From contig NC_058368.1 of NCBI RefSeq assembly GCF_018350175.1, positions 94,676,001-94,740,000 of the forward strand: a stretch of DNA of 64,000 bases, read 5' to 3'. Positions 36,364 to 49,872 of this stretch are shown here, one piece after another; position 1 is the stretch's first letter; the number at the start of each line of letters is the position of its first letter. The notes under the pieces are model-generated. The model worked only from the letters and a program-made list of their open reading frames with translations. It was not told the origin of the DNA and did no database searches. A program made the position numbers and the translations under genes. Origin of the DNA: Felis catus (taxonomy: Eukaryota).

Positions 36364-37514
36364 CCCTATTCGTCTTTTCACCTTGGTACTTAATGTACCA
36401 CACGGCCCGTAGTAGGGCTCAGATGTTTGTTACGTGAATGAATGAACCACATCCACGCATACTTCGCTTCAAATAGTTTTTCACTCATGTAACATGGTCA
36501 TCTGCCGTAACTTGAAAAAATAGACTTCAGAAGGATAAACGCTATGATTGAGAATTATTGGGATTCTGTGTGTTTATACCTGTGTAAGAAATAATACTCT
36601 AATTTCTATACTGCTGTTTTCCTAATCCTTCAATATATATTGCCGTGGGATTGGTAGAGCAAGTTAGAGCTAAGAAAAGCAAGGTAAAAGTGAGCCCAAA
36701 TCAAGGAGACAGATACTTAAGAGCCCCTTATATGTACCATAGTATTACATCTGTGACTCTGGGTACTCTTTCACATCTCATATTCTGTGATTACTTTGTA
36801 AGATTTAGGCTTTACACAAAAGTTATCTAAATGTTTTCCTAAAGTGGGTGGTTATGTTAAATATTTAAATATAAAGTTGTTGTAAAATTGTCACATTACA
36901 TAAAATACAATAAGGCTATATAATATACAGTGAACACTATGCTGTACTCCTTGACGATACCAAAAAATGCATCTTTTTATATGTCTGCACATGCACACTT
37001 TTACTCACAAAAACGTATGTGTGCCTATTTATAATTTTTAAAATCGGCACATAAATTTATAATTTAAAAAATTGGCACATGAATATAATATTGGTGGTGA
37101 TGTCCCTTTTTTGAGTTCCGGTATCTGAAAAAACTACCATTCTAGTTCCTAAAGAGCACGTAAAATTTTAGTGCCAGGAAATACATCCTCTTTGGCAAAC
37201 TTTGTTTTCTAGCCTATGTAAGGCCTTTTGCGGTTGGTTCTGCTTTTCCTAGTAGCCTTAAGGAAAATTGATTTGATAAGATTTTAACAAAAGGTTTGAT
37301 GCCCTGACATATCTTCAAGAGTGGTTAGCTGTGAAAACAGCCGCTAGAATATATTCATAGAAACTGTCTTCCATTCCTAAGAGTTAGAAACATATAATAA
37401 GGTATGCCTTAATCATCCAGTTGCATTAGATTTGGTTATTCTATAATGCACCTGGACCAGGGACATATGGATTCCAGACACTTTTTGTTAAAGGGATACA
37501 AAGTAAGCATGGCT

Positions 37515-37636
37515 TTATTTTTGTTTTTGTTTTTGTTTTTAAGTAGGCTCCACACCCAAGGTGGGGCTTGAACTCATGACCCTGAGATCAAGAGTTGCAC
37601 ACTCTACTGACCACGCACAGGGCCAGCCAGGTGCCT
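37515..37636 (-). mobile_element. Short tRNA-Lys-like old CanSINE
   Basis: Reverse complement resembles tRNA-Lys (gtagag...ctcttgatctcagggtcatgagttcaagccccac.ttggg) plus a short tail; TSD-like aaagtaa(g/a)catg. Confidence 0.85.
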
Positions 37637-38079
37637 CCAAAGTAAACATGTTTTAAACATAATTCGTAAACGTAATTCTGGGCCCATATTTATCCAAGTA
37701 ATTTTACGATCCCATAACCAAAATAAAACAGCTGAAAGGGAACTAGTATGAAAAGAACAGTATTTTACTGTAGAGGTTGCCAAACGAGCTCAGCTAGAGT
37801 TTGCCACTCTTGCCACAGAATAATTTTCTGAAATACTGATTATAACTATTAGCAAATACATGCTATGGCTTTCCTAAAAAAGAAACTCTCACTTTATCAT
37901 TTGCTACTTATGTTAATTGAAGAAAACAAAAGGAAGGGAAGATTTAAAAAGCAAAACAAGTTGCCCCCCCCATATCCTAATTTCATGATTTTGAAAATCA
38001 TGACATTATTTTAAGGTTTTATTATTTAAAAGGCTATTTCTTTATTTATCTTGCTTGATATAACCAGAGGAGTTGTCAC

Positions 38080-39350
38080 AGTTAATCAGTCACAGATATT
38101 TATTAAGGATCCTCTTATCAAACAGTGTGCTATGTCTTGTTGAGTTTGCAGAAACATATAATACATAACTTTTATCCTCAGGAAGTTTATAACCTAGTAA
38201 AGAAGATTAAACATAGATAAAACATTTTATGTACGATTAAGTGTGGAATGAAATAGTAAGGCACTAAATATGGTAGGAGTTAAAGAATTTTCAAACCAAA
38301 GGAGATTTTAGAGATAATCTCATTCCATTTCTCGTTATACTGATGAGGAAGCAGAAGCCTGGAGTAGATGTTACCTCAGAAATCTGCCCAGAGTCCCACT
38401 GGATAATGTCAGAACCAGAGGTAGAACCCAGGCTTCTTGACTGTAGCCTTTTTGTAGTACTTTCTGTTTATAAGCCCCTGTGAACATGTATGGGTGGGCT
38501 TGATTCAAGACCCAAGGAAGAAGTGAGTTCTTGAAGGGTAGGGTTAGATTCTGGGGAGAAGAGCTGCTGTTTCCTGATGGAGAGAGGTCGGAAGGCTTGG
38601 GGAACAACAGAGGGAATAGCCTAATGAGGGTAGAAGGCACATAGTAGGGACTGTTACTAACCTGGGGTTGGATAAGGAGCCCTTGCAAGCCAGGTAGATT
38701 TTTATGTTCTTGGTACTGGGGTGCTTTTATAGATCTCTCAAATGGACTCACTTGATAAAAATTATGTTTTGGGAAGATCAGTCTGTGATGGTGACCTTGA
38801 AAGATGGAAGTAAGATCACTCAAGGACAGGGTGGGTTGGGTTATCAGGTTGTTGTAGTAGTAGGAATAAAGTAGAAAATTAAAACCCACAAGGCATTTCT
38901 AGGAGAGGAAAACAATAGCCACAGATTGTAGTTTTATAAAGAGAATGAAGGGTAGAAGAGTGTAGAAGAATGGTATTTCCATGGACAGAAATAAAATAAC
39001 TTGGATGAAGACCAACGTGTATTGAGTTTTTTGTGAAAACTTAAAGTCAAGTTGTAAATGAAGGATTTTGGAAATCATCTGTGCTGAGTTGGGGGATAAA
39101 TACTATATCATCCAACTAAATGTATCCATTGGGGATTTGGAAACATAACAGTGAAGTGAAAGGGCCAAAATAGAGATTTTAGAATCTTGTCGATATGACT
39201 GTGTTGGAATTGTCAGGAGATATGAGTGCACTAAAGAAACAGGGGTGCAAGAGAGGAGACGGTCTTGGCAATGTTACCTACAACTGTAGGGGAGAGGGTG
39301 AAGAAGAGGAGCTGAAAGAGGAGACAGAAAAGAATGAATTAAAAATGTCA
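38080..39350 (-). mobile_element. Degraded L2 with embedded MIR fragment (~38290-38450)
   Basis: aatcagtcacagatatttattaag start; the - ORF 38371-38889 contains RLIFPKHNFYQVSPF, resembling the L2 ORF2 C-terminus. Confidence 0.6.
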
Positions 39351-39896
39351 CAGTGCTGAGCACTAGTTAAGAGCACCATGGGCCTCAGGCCCACACAGAC
39401 CTACAGTGAAGGTCACTGTCTGTCTCCACCTTGCTTTGTTACAGTCATCTTCTTTTAACACTCGATTTTCCTCCTATGTGAAAGGCAATAGTAATAGTAC
39501 CCCCATTTTAGGTGGGGGTTACTGCAAGCATTGAATAAAGCCAGGAAAAGTGCTTAGCTAGCTCAGGGCTTGCCACACAGATACAGTCCGTAAATCTTAG
39601 AAGATAAATAGGGCCATGGAAGAGGTCATTTTCATGACAGTGCCTCTGAAAAGCAGAAAGAGAAACTAACATCTGAAAGGTGGGTTTTGGGCAAAGCATT
39701 GTTGGAATAGAGTCATGATGCCGTAATTTGGCGCATATTCATGTGCCGGTTGTATGGTGGTGAGTTAGCTTTGAAGTAGAATCGTATACATTCCAATTCT
39801 AAGAATGAGAACTGAGGAAGCTTTTCCTGTTGGTCTTGATATTAAAAGAATTACTACTGAGTGCTAATGAAGACTTACTATAAATGTATTAACATG

Positions 39897-40099
39897 TTCT
39901 TTTTTATTTTTGAGAGAGAGAGAGAGACAGAGCACCAGCAGGAAAGGGGCAGAGAGAGAGGGAGACACAGAATCCGAGGCACGCTCCAGGCTCTGAGCTG
40001 TCAGCACAGAGCCTGATGAGGTGATCGAACCCATGAACCGTGAGATCATGACCTGAGCCGAAGTCGGACGCTCAACCGACTGAGCCACCCAGTTGCCCC
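39897..40099 (-). mobile_element. CanSINE
   Basis: Full SINEC; TSD taaatgtattaacat. Confidence 0.95.
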
Positions 40100-40629
40100 T
40101 AAATGTATTAACATTTAAACTAAAATAGGATTTAGGTTTTAATTGGAGTTTCCCATATCTTTGGATAGTCAATAATGAAATGTGTGCATTTTAATTTAGT
40201 TAATAATCAGTTGTACCTGTTGTGTACACTTGGAGACTGTTAGGTTATCTCTGCATTTTTCATTTATACATATAAACAGCTTTGAATGGAAGGCTACTTA
40301 CATTCAAGTTTATAAAAACCACTATGGATATGGTTTAAATCGAACAGCAATAATATAGCTGAATCTGTAGTTGTCACTGCTTCTTTGTTTAGCATGCATT
40401 GTTAACACATTCACCAGTTCCCTTTTCTAGTAAAGTTATCCATTTACCTTTCGTTTAGATCCTAGGCCACCAGGATAGAGGAAAATATAAGAAATGGGCA
40501 TTTTTTTCAGTTCAATTTTTTTCCTATATTATTCTTTGAATAATGGATTTACTTTTTCATATAAGATGCTAGTGGTGTCTCACATCATTAATAATACTTT
40601 CCTAAATGAAAGTAAAGCTTATTGTAATA

Positions 40630-40776
40630 TTTCCTTCCTTCCTTCCTTCTCTTTCTTCCTTCTCCTTTTTTCCTTCCTTCCTTCCTTCCTTCCTTCCTTC
40701 CTTCCTTCCTTCCTTCTTTCCTTCCTTCCCTCCCTCCCTCCCTCCCTCCCTCCCTCCCTCCCTCCCTCCCTCCCTC

Positions 40777-40851
<75 letters not shown>

Positions 40852-40883
40852 TCCTTCTCTCTCTCTCTCTCTTTCTTTCTTTT
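40630..40883. repeat. 254-nt pure pyrimidine compound microsatellite (CCTT/CCCT/CTTT)n, expanded SINE tail
   Basis: No purine between 40630 and 40883. Confidence 0.95.
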
Positions 40884-40902
40884 GAGGCAGGGGGAAGGGA
40901 GG

Positions 40903-40964
<62 letters not shown>

Positions 40965-41086
40965 CTTAAGCAGTGTCCACACCCAGCACGGAGCCCCACT
41001 GGGGGTTTGATCTCATGACCATGAGATTATGACCTGAGCCCAAGTCAAGAGTCAGATGCTTAACCGACTGAGCCACCCAGGTACCC
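40884..41086 (-). mobile_element. CanSINE with long (GA)n
   Basis: SINEC body ending gagccacccaggtaccc. Confidence 0.92.
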
Positions 41087-41949
41087 ATTGAATTTTCTAT
41101 TAGCAATTCTTTCATAAATTTTTGAGAAATCATTAGCTTTTATGTTTGTGGCCTCAATCTTAAAGTTCATTTGAAAAATGTAGTAAAACTAAAATTTAAA
41201 AAAGAGAACAATTTTCTGGGTTAAAAAAAGGAGTTTTTAAAGCTGTTTTCATAAAATCAGTTCTTTTAACTCAGGGACATTTAGGGAGATTTTGTATATT
41301 GTAGTATCCTGTCACCCCATGACTACATGTTTATCCTTGTCATATTAAAAACTTTTTTTGTTGTCATTTTGAGGAGAAAATGGAGAGATATTTGTTGATA
41401 AATCTTTATTATTCTTGTCATGCATCTATTTTAATCACAAATTATTTTATTTCTACTATATTTCTCTGTTGGATATATTGAGATCTTTGGAAATGTAGTA
41501 GTATGTGGATGTATGGTGTATGGATATTCAGTATGTGACTTCTAAAGCTGATTTTTATGCTATGGGATGTTTGTTTATCAGTGTCCTTATTATAGACCAT
41601 GATTATGCTTTCTATATGCCATCTTCTGCAATTGTGTGAAATAGCAATATAAAGTAAATTAAAAGTAAGCTAGTGATTTGTAACTAATTTGTAAGATATT
41701 AGTAGAAGTCAGAGTAGTTTAACCTCCGTACAGGCTGTATTATTTCTGAGTCACAGATTTAAAAAGCATAAAGCATAGTTAATCATGAAACTCCACATAA
41801 AGTAATAGGAAAATGATAAGAGGGAGTCTGTTCAGTTGAAGTCAACATTGTTAGAGGACCGCCATTTTGAAAGAGCACTGTGGTCCTGGTACTGCTGGTC
41901 CAGGGTAGACCTACCTGAAGCCATCAAGATGAGAATGAAAAGGAAGATT

Positions 41950-41987
41950 TTCTTTCTTTTTTATTTTTTTTTTAATGTTTAACTATT

Positions 41988-42042
<55 letters not shown>

Positions 42043-42204
42043 GCGGGGGAGGGGCAGAGAGAGAGGGAGACACAGAATCGGAAGCAGGCTCCAGGCTCTG
42101 AGCTCTCAGCGCAGAGCCCGATGCGGTGCTGGAACCCACAAGCCGTGAGATCATGACCTGAGCCAAATTTGGACACATAACTGACTGAGCCACCCAGGCG
42201 CCCC
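41950..42204 (-). mobile_element. CanSINE
   Basis: Full SINEC; TSD aaggaagattttct. Confidence 0.95.
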
Positions 42205-42334
42205 AAGAAGGAAGATTTTCTAATGTAAGAAAGTTATTTTTAACTTCTAGCTTCCCTGGTCTTGTCTACCACAGTTGTATGTATTATAAAACTGACCAGC
42301 ATCTCAGCATTTCTTTATCTAAACTTGCCAATGT

Positions 42335-43170
42335 ATTTATTCAGTTTTTCAATAAATATTTACTAAACATTTAATATGTGCCAGGCATATTTTAAACAGG
42401 GGAGAAAGAATAAGACTGATGTAGCTCCTACCCTCATGGAGGTCACATTCTCCTGGGGGGCACATAGGGGCAAAAACAGGTAAATAGGCAAATGATGTAT
42501 TTGCTGGGTGAAGTATGTCATATGAAGGACACACACAAGGGGAAGAAGATTGAGAAGATCAGAGAGTAAACTGTGTCAGCTGTGGCGGAAGAGATGCCAT
42601 GAAGTTGAAACCCTAAAGAGAAGGAACTAGGTCTTTTAGGAGGGAGGAACAGGGGCCGGCGCCTGGGTGGCTCGGTCGGTTGGGTGTTGTTGGACTTCCT
42701 CTCAGGTCATGATCTTGTGGTTCATGGGTTTGAGCCCCGAGTCAGGCTCTGTGCTGCCAGCTCACAGCTTAGAGCCTGCTTTGGATTCTGTGTCTCCTTC
42801 TCTGTCTGCCTCTCCCCTGCTGGTGGTCTGTCTCTGTCTCTCAAAAATAAATAAACATTAAAAAAAAAAATAATAGAAAAACCTTAAAAAAGGACAGAGG
42901 AACATTACTTCAATAGGGATAATGAAATGGCCATAGACCCTGAGGCAAGATTAGAATTCTTTATTCTTATAACTGGAAGTGGGCTAGCTTGCTTATAAAT
43001 TTGGGGTTGGGAGCCCCGAGGGAGGTGAGGGAAAGGGAGAGAAATTAAGGGCAATCCTTAGGTTTCTGGCTTATGTAAATGGATGAATGGCAGTATTGTT
43101 TATGGGAATGGGGAAAGGTTGTGTGTTTAGGATCAAGTGGGGCTCAGCTTTGTTTTGAGAATTTGGTCCA
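42335..43170 (-). mobile_element. L2 fragments with nested SINE
   Basis: tcaataaatatttactaaacatttaatatgtgccaggca...cctaccctcatggaggtcacattct; taggtttctggctt...ggatgaatggcagt. Confidence 0.75.
42652..42890 (+). mobile_element. CanSINE
   Basis: Diverged SINEC with A tail. Confidence 0.92.
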
Positions 43171-44705
43171 AGAAGTGGTCAGTTGAGGGGATTAAAATTG
43201 TTACTATATTAAGGTAAAATTGTATAGAGAAGAAACTTTAATTATTGTTGAGAAACTTAGGAGATCCCTCAAATGTTAATAAAATTTAGGGAGCCAAAGC
43301 AGTATTCTAGGGAAGCACCAAGGCTATCAAAGGATTTAGCAAAAAGCAATCTGTTTGGGGGGATTTGATGTACTTTGACCCCCCAGAAAGATTAAAAAGT
43401 TAGAAAGTCAAGTAAAAAAGTGTTAAAGTGGAAAAAGGTAGATTGTCCAGAAGGCACATGAAAATGATAAATTAAAATACATAATCATCAAGAGATTGTT
43501 GGTGAGAGAGGCCATTGGCTCATCAGATAATACAGAAAATAATTACTATAGACACAGAACATCTAACACTATGGTTGAAATACGAGATGTTAATGTTCAT
43601 GGGATATACTAAAGAGATGATGCCAGAATTGAAAGAAAAAGAAGTTTCTAGAGGATCTAAAACCTAAAGATTTTAGCAAACTCCTTGAGAATAAACTTTC
43701 AATGCCTGAGTAGTTTTTAAAACTCCGGTTTTAACTAGCTCATGGCTGAGAATTTCAATGACTACTTAGAATATGAACTCATTAAAATGAAAGTCAGTCT
43801 TGTTTTTATTTTTAATGTGATATTTCCCAGTTCTTTAAGTCCTTATTTAGAAGTACTTAAATGATTCATATCCTTACAAAAGTGAATGATAGGCCTTCTT
43901 GAAATTAATAAGGGTGAAGACTTGCTGAGTAGCATTCAGTTTAAACTCGGGACTTTCTTGCGAAAGAAAGCTTTGTTCTGAGAGAACCCTACTCTACGTT
44001 AGAAAGAAACAGACCATTTCTGTTTTGTTTCCCAATATGCGTGCTCACCATACTGGACACAGTGCTGGACGCATAGTAAGCTTTTAGTAAATACTTGTTG
44101 GATGAATATGAATTTTACAGTTTGGGGTTTTGTGGGAAGCTGATACCCTACAAAGCAGTTCAGTTGCGGTGCCTGAGGCGAAGTCTCTCCTATTATCGCA
44201 TTCAGGTATTATACTGTAGCAAGGCTGTTATGGAAATAGTGCTGATGGTCAGAAATGGGGTAGGACATTTTTCAGATGATGTGTTCCCATGCATCACAGA
44301 GAATACTGGTTATTTTAAGCCACCATAAATTCCTCTTAGAATTTTTGTGGATTGTAATTATTTTGATCAGTATCTTCTTTAAAGTTAATAATTTATGGTT
44401 GACTGTGTTGTTCCTAAATTCCAAGTAGTAAAAGATTGAGTTCATGGTGCTTTTGAGAACAAATACTATCAATGACTATTGAAAGAAGTTTTATGGATGA
44501 TAGATGACCTATCCCAGGACCTCATTTTACTTGGATTCATTTCTAAAAGTCCAGTAGATATGCTTATTGCTATAGTCACATGTGGAAAAATGACACACAT
44601 CTCTGCTCCATAGTTCTCTGTATTTTTTTATCTAGCAGATCAGTTCTTTTGTATTCACTCCCTAATTTTGGATCCATACTTTATTTATGCTAATTATGTG
44701 TCTGA

Positions 44706-45041
<336 letters not shown>

Positions 45042-45539
45042 GACTACAGTAAACTTTCTTCTAGAATAATATGAATTGACTTGGGCTCCCTTTGTCATGC
45101 TCCTGTAATTCAGTGTTTATATTCTCAAATATTTGTCTCCACAACCTCTGTTCCTTTTACGTAGACACATTTTAGTGGTTGCAGACTCTTCTCCACCAGC
45201 CTTTCTGGATCACAGTAGTGGTTTACCCTGACCACAAGGATGGAACCTCATCAATCATGGAGATATAGAATTAGGTCATAGTGAACATTAAAGAAGCAAC
45301 ATCACCTTTTACTCTGGCACCTGTGGGGAGGATCATTATTTACCAAAAGAAAACAGATTGAGCGGAGGTCTATTAGAGTGACTATGTTATGTGCCATTAC
45401 TGAAAAACAGTTATGTGATAAATTCTCAAGGGTTGAGCTGTTTTCAATGTTATGTATGAGAACACACTTTATGGGCTTATAGCTGGGAATTTTATATATA
45501 CGTGGTGATAGAGGAACAGTGTAACATTTATAAACTTGG

Positions 45540-45765
45540 AGGCAAGGTAATGTGATGGCTTTGGTGTCTTTGGGATGAAGTGCTTCGAATCCTGACCCCC
45601 TTCACTTACTAGCTTTATAACTGTGTGGAGGTTACTTTGACCTCTCCGGGCCTCAGCCTCCTATTGTGCAAAATGGAAATAATATGATTTCCTGGCAAGA
45701 ATTTTGTGAGAATCGAATGCAGTTACATACAGAAAATGCCAAATGAAACGTTCAGCACATGTAGA
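45540..45765 (+). mobile_element. MIR
   Basis: ttcgaatcctgaccccttcacttactagct...gacctctccgggcctcagcctcctattgtgcaaaatggaaataata. Confidence 0.75.
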
Positions 45766-46440
45766 TTTTTCCCCCAAAGAAAAATAGATTCTGCTGCTAA
45801 ATATAGAAGGGGAGAGATTAAAAAAAAAAAAAAAAGTTTCTGCATGATTCGCTAGAGCTTTGTGCTCATAAACCTCTAGATTGTCTCAGCCTAAGGGGTC
45901 CACTATGATCTTAGCATGGATGTGTGTTTGAGAAAGGCATGGAATTTTTTTATATTTTTGTTTGCCTTGAACAAAAGGTCCATTTGTGCTCTGAGGTTGT
46001 AGGTGGCTGCTGGATAGAAGGATACGTATAGGAAGGAGGAGGTCGTGCAAGGGCAATTTAACAGGCCCCAGTCTACCTTCTGGCAGAGCAGCTCTACCTC
46101 TCTGTTTTTACCTTTTGTATTTTCATGGAAGGTATTGAATGAACAAAAGGGTCTGTGTTTTTCAGAAAAGTTTGCACAACCCGAAGCAGGCTCAGGTACC
46201 CCATTCCTGGACTTCCCTTTCCCTCAGGCCTCACTCTGCTTTTCCCTCAGCCTTTTAAAGTTTGTGGGAAAGGGTGGGGCAGGGAAGGATGTCCACTTCC
46301 AGGCTGTGTTATTGGTGGAGTTCTCAGCCAACAAAGCATGGAAAGCCAAGTGTCCCGTGCACAGAGGAGGGCATTCCTGGTGGAAACGTTCCTTGGCCTC
46401 TTTACCTCTATAGCTGATCACTCACACAGAGCCACCTTTT

Positions 46441-46671
46441 TTTTTTTTTTTAATTTTTTTTTTTTCAACGTTTATTTATTTTTTTTGGGACTGAGAGAGA
46501 CAGAGCATGAACGGGGGAGGGGCAGAGAGAGAGGGAGACACAGAATCGGAAACAGGCTCCAGGCTCCGAGCCATCAGCCCAGAGCCCGACGCGGGGCTCG
46601 AACTCACGGAGTGCGAGATCGTGACCTGGCTGAAGTCGGACACTTAACCGACTGCGCCACCCAGGCGCCCC
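46441..46671 (-). mobile_element. Young felid SINE
   Basis: Diagnostic motifs; TSD cagagccacctttt at 46427-46440 and 46672-46685. Confidence 0.97.
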
Positions 46672-46749
46672 CAGAGCCACCTTTTGAGCCGTTATCAGAA
46701 ATTTTGATTTAACTTTGAAGTAACAGCTACTGATGACTTCTTCTCTGCC

Positions 46750-47160
46750 TTTAGCTGACCCTTCTGGATTTTCCTTCTTTATCCATCTTGGACTCTTGTG
46801 TTCTCCAGCTCTTTCCCTACTACCCTTCCCTGCACCCGCCCACGAGAACTCTGACTCTGGGTGAATCTGTCTGTGTGTGCTCTGCCATCCAGCACTGTTG
46901 GAGAAGATAACACACACATTGGGTGCATTCATTGCTTGTAGTTTTCTGAGCTCTGGCTTCTGTCTCTTCCAGTTCTCTGAGTGGCCCCTCTGCCTTCTGT
47001 GCTCAGTGTCTTCTTCTCTGTTGGCCTCTCACTGACAACATGTAAATAAACATGCTCAAAGGAGCCCAAGCATCACATGAAGATAACAATTGAGCCCATT
47101 CACTGCTTGAGGTACAGCCCTCTCTTGTCTCACAAACTTTTAATGTTTATTTGTTTTTGA

Positions 47161-47203
<43 letters not shown>

Positions 47204-47880
47204 CAGTGGGGGAGGGGCAGAGAGACAGAGACAGAATCTGAAGCAGCCTCCAGGCTCCGAGCTGTCAGCACAGAGCCCAATGTGGGGCTCGAACCCACGA
47301 ACTGGGAGATCATGACCTGGGCTGAAGTCGGACGCTTAACCGACTGAGCCACCCAGTGGCCCATCATGAATTTTTATTTAAAATCCATTGTTTATTTTCA
47401 TGGTCCACGCAGTTTCTCCTCCTATAACCCAAACTGCTTGTGTAAATGCGTTTCTCTTCCCTGCTTACTAATGTCCAGCAGCTTGTGTTCCCGCATGAGG
47501 GAGTCTCACATGTGCTGCCTTATGTTCACGCCCTTCTGCTCCTCCTTTCCGCTCAGGCACACGGCCTTCATTTCCTCATGTATACTTACTTTTTTACTTA
47601 TACTAGGTTTTTACAGATTCTGTTCCTTCTTCCTGGAAAACAATAATCAGACTTTCTGTTGGGTCATCTCCTGAGAGAAGTTTTCCCCTGACCCGACCTG
47701 ACCAGGCTTGGTCCTCCTGCTTTTTAACTCCCTCTTCATATCACTTGTCACATTTGTGGCTATCCTTTTACTGCCTTTCTTCCTATGTCTTTCAATGTGG
47801 CTTCTAGAGAATTGGCATCTCGTTGGTCATGAGAGCTGGTACTCGTAAGGAGTCCAAGGAATATATGTTTAAGAAATGAC
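46750..47880 (+). mobile_element. Degraded L2 fragments
   Basis: Pyrimidine-rich L2-like segments (gtgctcagtgtcttcttctct; gggtcatctcctgagagaagttttcccctgacc). Confidence 0.45.
47138..47362 (-). mobile_element. CanSINE with (CA)n replacing (GA)n
   Basis: SINEC body; (CA)n at 47162-47200. Confidence 0.94.
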
Positions 47881-47886
47881 TGAGTA

Positions 47887-48080
47887 GGGGTGCCTGGGTG
47901 GCTTAGTCGGTTGAGTGTCCGACTGTTGATTTCGGCTCAGGTCATGATCCCAGGGTCATGAGATCGAGTCCAGCGTCAGACTCCACACTGAACGTGGAGC
48001 CTGCTCGAGATTCTTTCTCTCTCTCTCTCTCTCCCCTGCTCGCATGCACTCTTGCTCTCTAAGATTAAAAAAAAGAAAGA
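47887..48080 (+). mobile_element. CanSINE
   Basis: Older SINEC. Confidence 0.92.
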
Positions 48081-48316
48081 AACAACTGACTAAAGGAACA
48101 GCTTTATCTCTCCCTAGTTCAGTAGATCAGTATGTCTTTGGCCTTGGGAGAACTTCTTTTTCCTTGGTAGAGTAAAAAGTTTTAAGTGGAGGTGAAACTG
48201 TTAGTTTCTCTACTGGAGTTTATGACTACAGTGTAGTCAATTGTACATAATAGCTGCAAAGTATACATACTGTTTCCTTATGGTTTTCTGCTTTTTTGCT
48301 CATTTAAAAAAACTAG

Positions 48317-48500
48317 AGGGGCACCTGGGTGGCTCAGTTGGTTGAGCCTCTAAGTCAGGCTCAGCTCTGGTCTCGATCTCAGGGTCTTGAGTTCAAGCTC
48401 CACGTCAGGCGCTGCACTGACGGTGCGGATCTTGCTTGGAATTCTCTCTCTCCCTCTCTCTGCCCCACCCCTTCTCAAAAATAAATAAACATTAAAAAAT
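48317..48500 (+). mobile_element. CanSINE
   Basis: SINEC body with aaaataaataaacatt tail. Confidence 0.9.
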
Positions 48501-49872
48501 TAGAAAACAAGAATAACCTTTAAATTATTTGCACAGCTACTTTATTGGTGTAAAAAAAAAATCCCCTGTCAACCTATCTACGTATGAATATGACAAAGAA
48601 CAGTGACACTATTTGGGCTCTACTATAAAGTAGATTACATGATCTCTTAATTACTTCATGTATTCACATTTACATGTAAATATGTTCCTAGCGTATTTCA
48701 ATTCAAACTCACAACATAAATGGAGAAATGACTGTAGTTTATATTTAACGGAGCTGAGAAAACATATTGTGGTAATTAAACTCTTTTTTTTTTTAAACAA
48801 AAGCTTTTTTTATAAATAATATAGCTGGCTTCCAAGTACTTGTACTTTAATGAAAACAACTGTATGTTGCAAGCCAAGTTTTCCTCTTAAATACTTCCTT
48901 TATATCTTATGCTTTATTTTCTCTAAATTATAGTTCCGTGTTCGGGGTTGAATTCTAAGAGAGTAATAGTGGACTGTACCCTGGAGCCACAAAAGCAGTT
49001 TGGTAATACAGGAGCCAGGTGACACCTTTTCCCCTCCAAGTGTGTAGATCCGTGGTGTGGACGGGGATCTGCAATTATTCTGTCAGTGGACAGCAGAGTA
49101 GTGACCCCGTTCATTTCCACTGGCCATAATGGAAAGCAGCCTAGATGCACACTGGTACTGACTGCTTGACCAGTTGCACTCAGGGTGGAGAAGGAAATAA
49201 CCTGTACGTGACCTGCCGTAACCCACCTCAGAAGCCAAACTCTGATTGCATTCCAGGTCTATCAATTGCATGGTTAAGCCCGCATGACTTAAGTAAAGCA
49301 TGTTGTACTCGCGGGGTAAATTAGGGAAGGGGGCAGGAAATGGGAGTTTATAGAATTCTTTCTGCTGGAATTAGAGCTAAATAGTTGATTCGGAATAATC
49401 CGTGTGCTTACGTTCTACCAATAATTGTGTGATTTGGGAAATTACCTTTGTTGTGTTCCTTTTTAATGGCGATCTATCAATCATATGGTGCCGCATAATT
49501 ACTTAAATTCTGCTTTTAGGAGAATAATAAATTACATTTATTCAAGGCTCATTATAAGTCAGGATTTATTCTAGTTGCTGTGGTCCCTCCTCCCACTGAG
49601 TGGAGGCACTGATGCCAGCAGTGATGGCTCTAGCACTTTGAGCAGGTGCTTCCTAGTGTGACCCATCCTTCGCATGATTTTGGTCACAGCTCTGGCTTCC
49701 TGGTGCCCCTTAGTTCCAGCTTGTTTCCCAGTTCTGTTTCTTCACCATCATCCTTTTGTGTCCCTTTCTGTTTAAGTTCTCTGCAACCAAGAACTCTAAC
49801 TGGTACAATGATTTTTGGCAAAAATCAATCTCTATTTGGAAATCTATCCCCCTTTTTTATTTTTTTTGGCAG

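Noticed and set aside
37545..37636. tRNA-Lys gene
   Set aside because: Disrupted D arm, SINE tail and TSD indicate a tRNA-derived SINE.
38371..38889. Longest non-microsatellite ORF (172 aa, -)
   Set aside because: Lies in degraded L2/MIR sequence and partly resembles the L2 ORF2 C-terminus. Non-ATG start and no gene context.
40459..40497. Possible exon ATCCTAGG...AAATGG
   Set aside because: Plausible acceptor but no convincing donor.
40494..41018. Overlapping 126-174 aa low-complexity ORFs (also 44668-45098 and 50682-51055)
   Set aside because: Translations of stop-free microsatellites and SINEs.
46155..46932. 185 aa and 155 aa ORFs
   Set aside because: Largely read through a young SINE; the remainder has no recognisable protein similarity.
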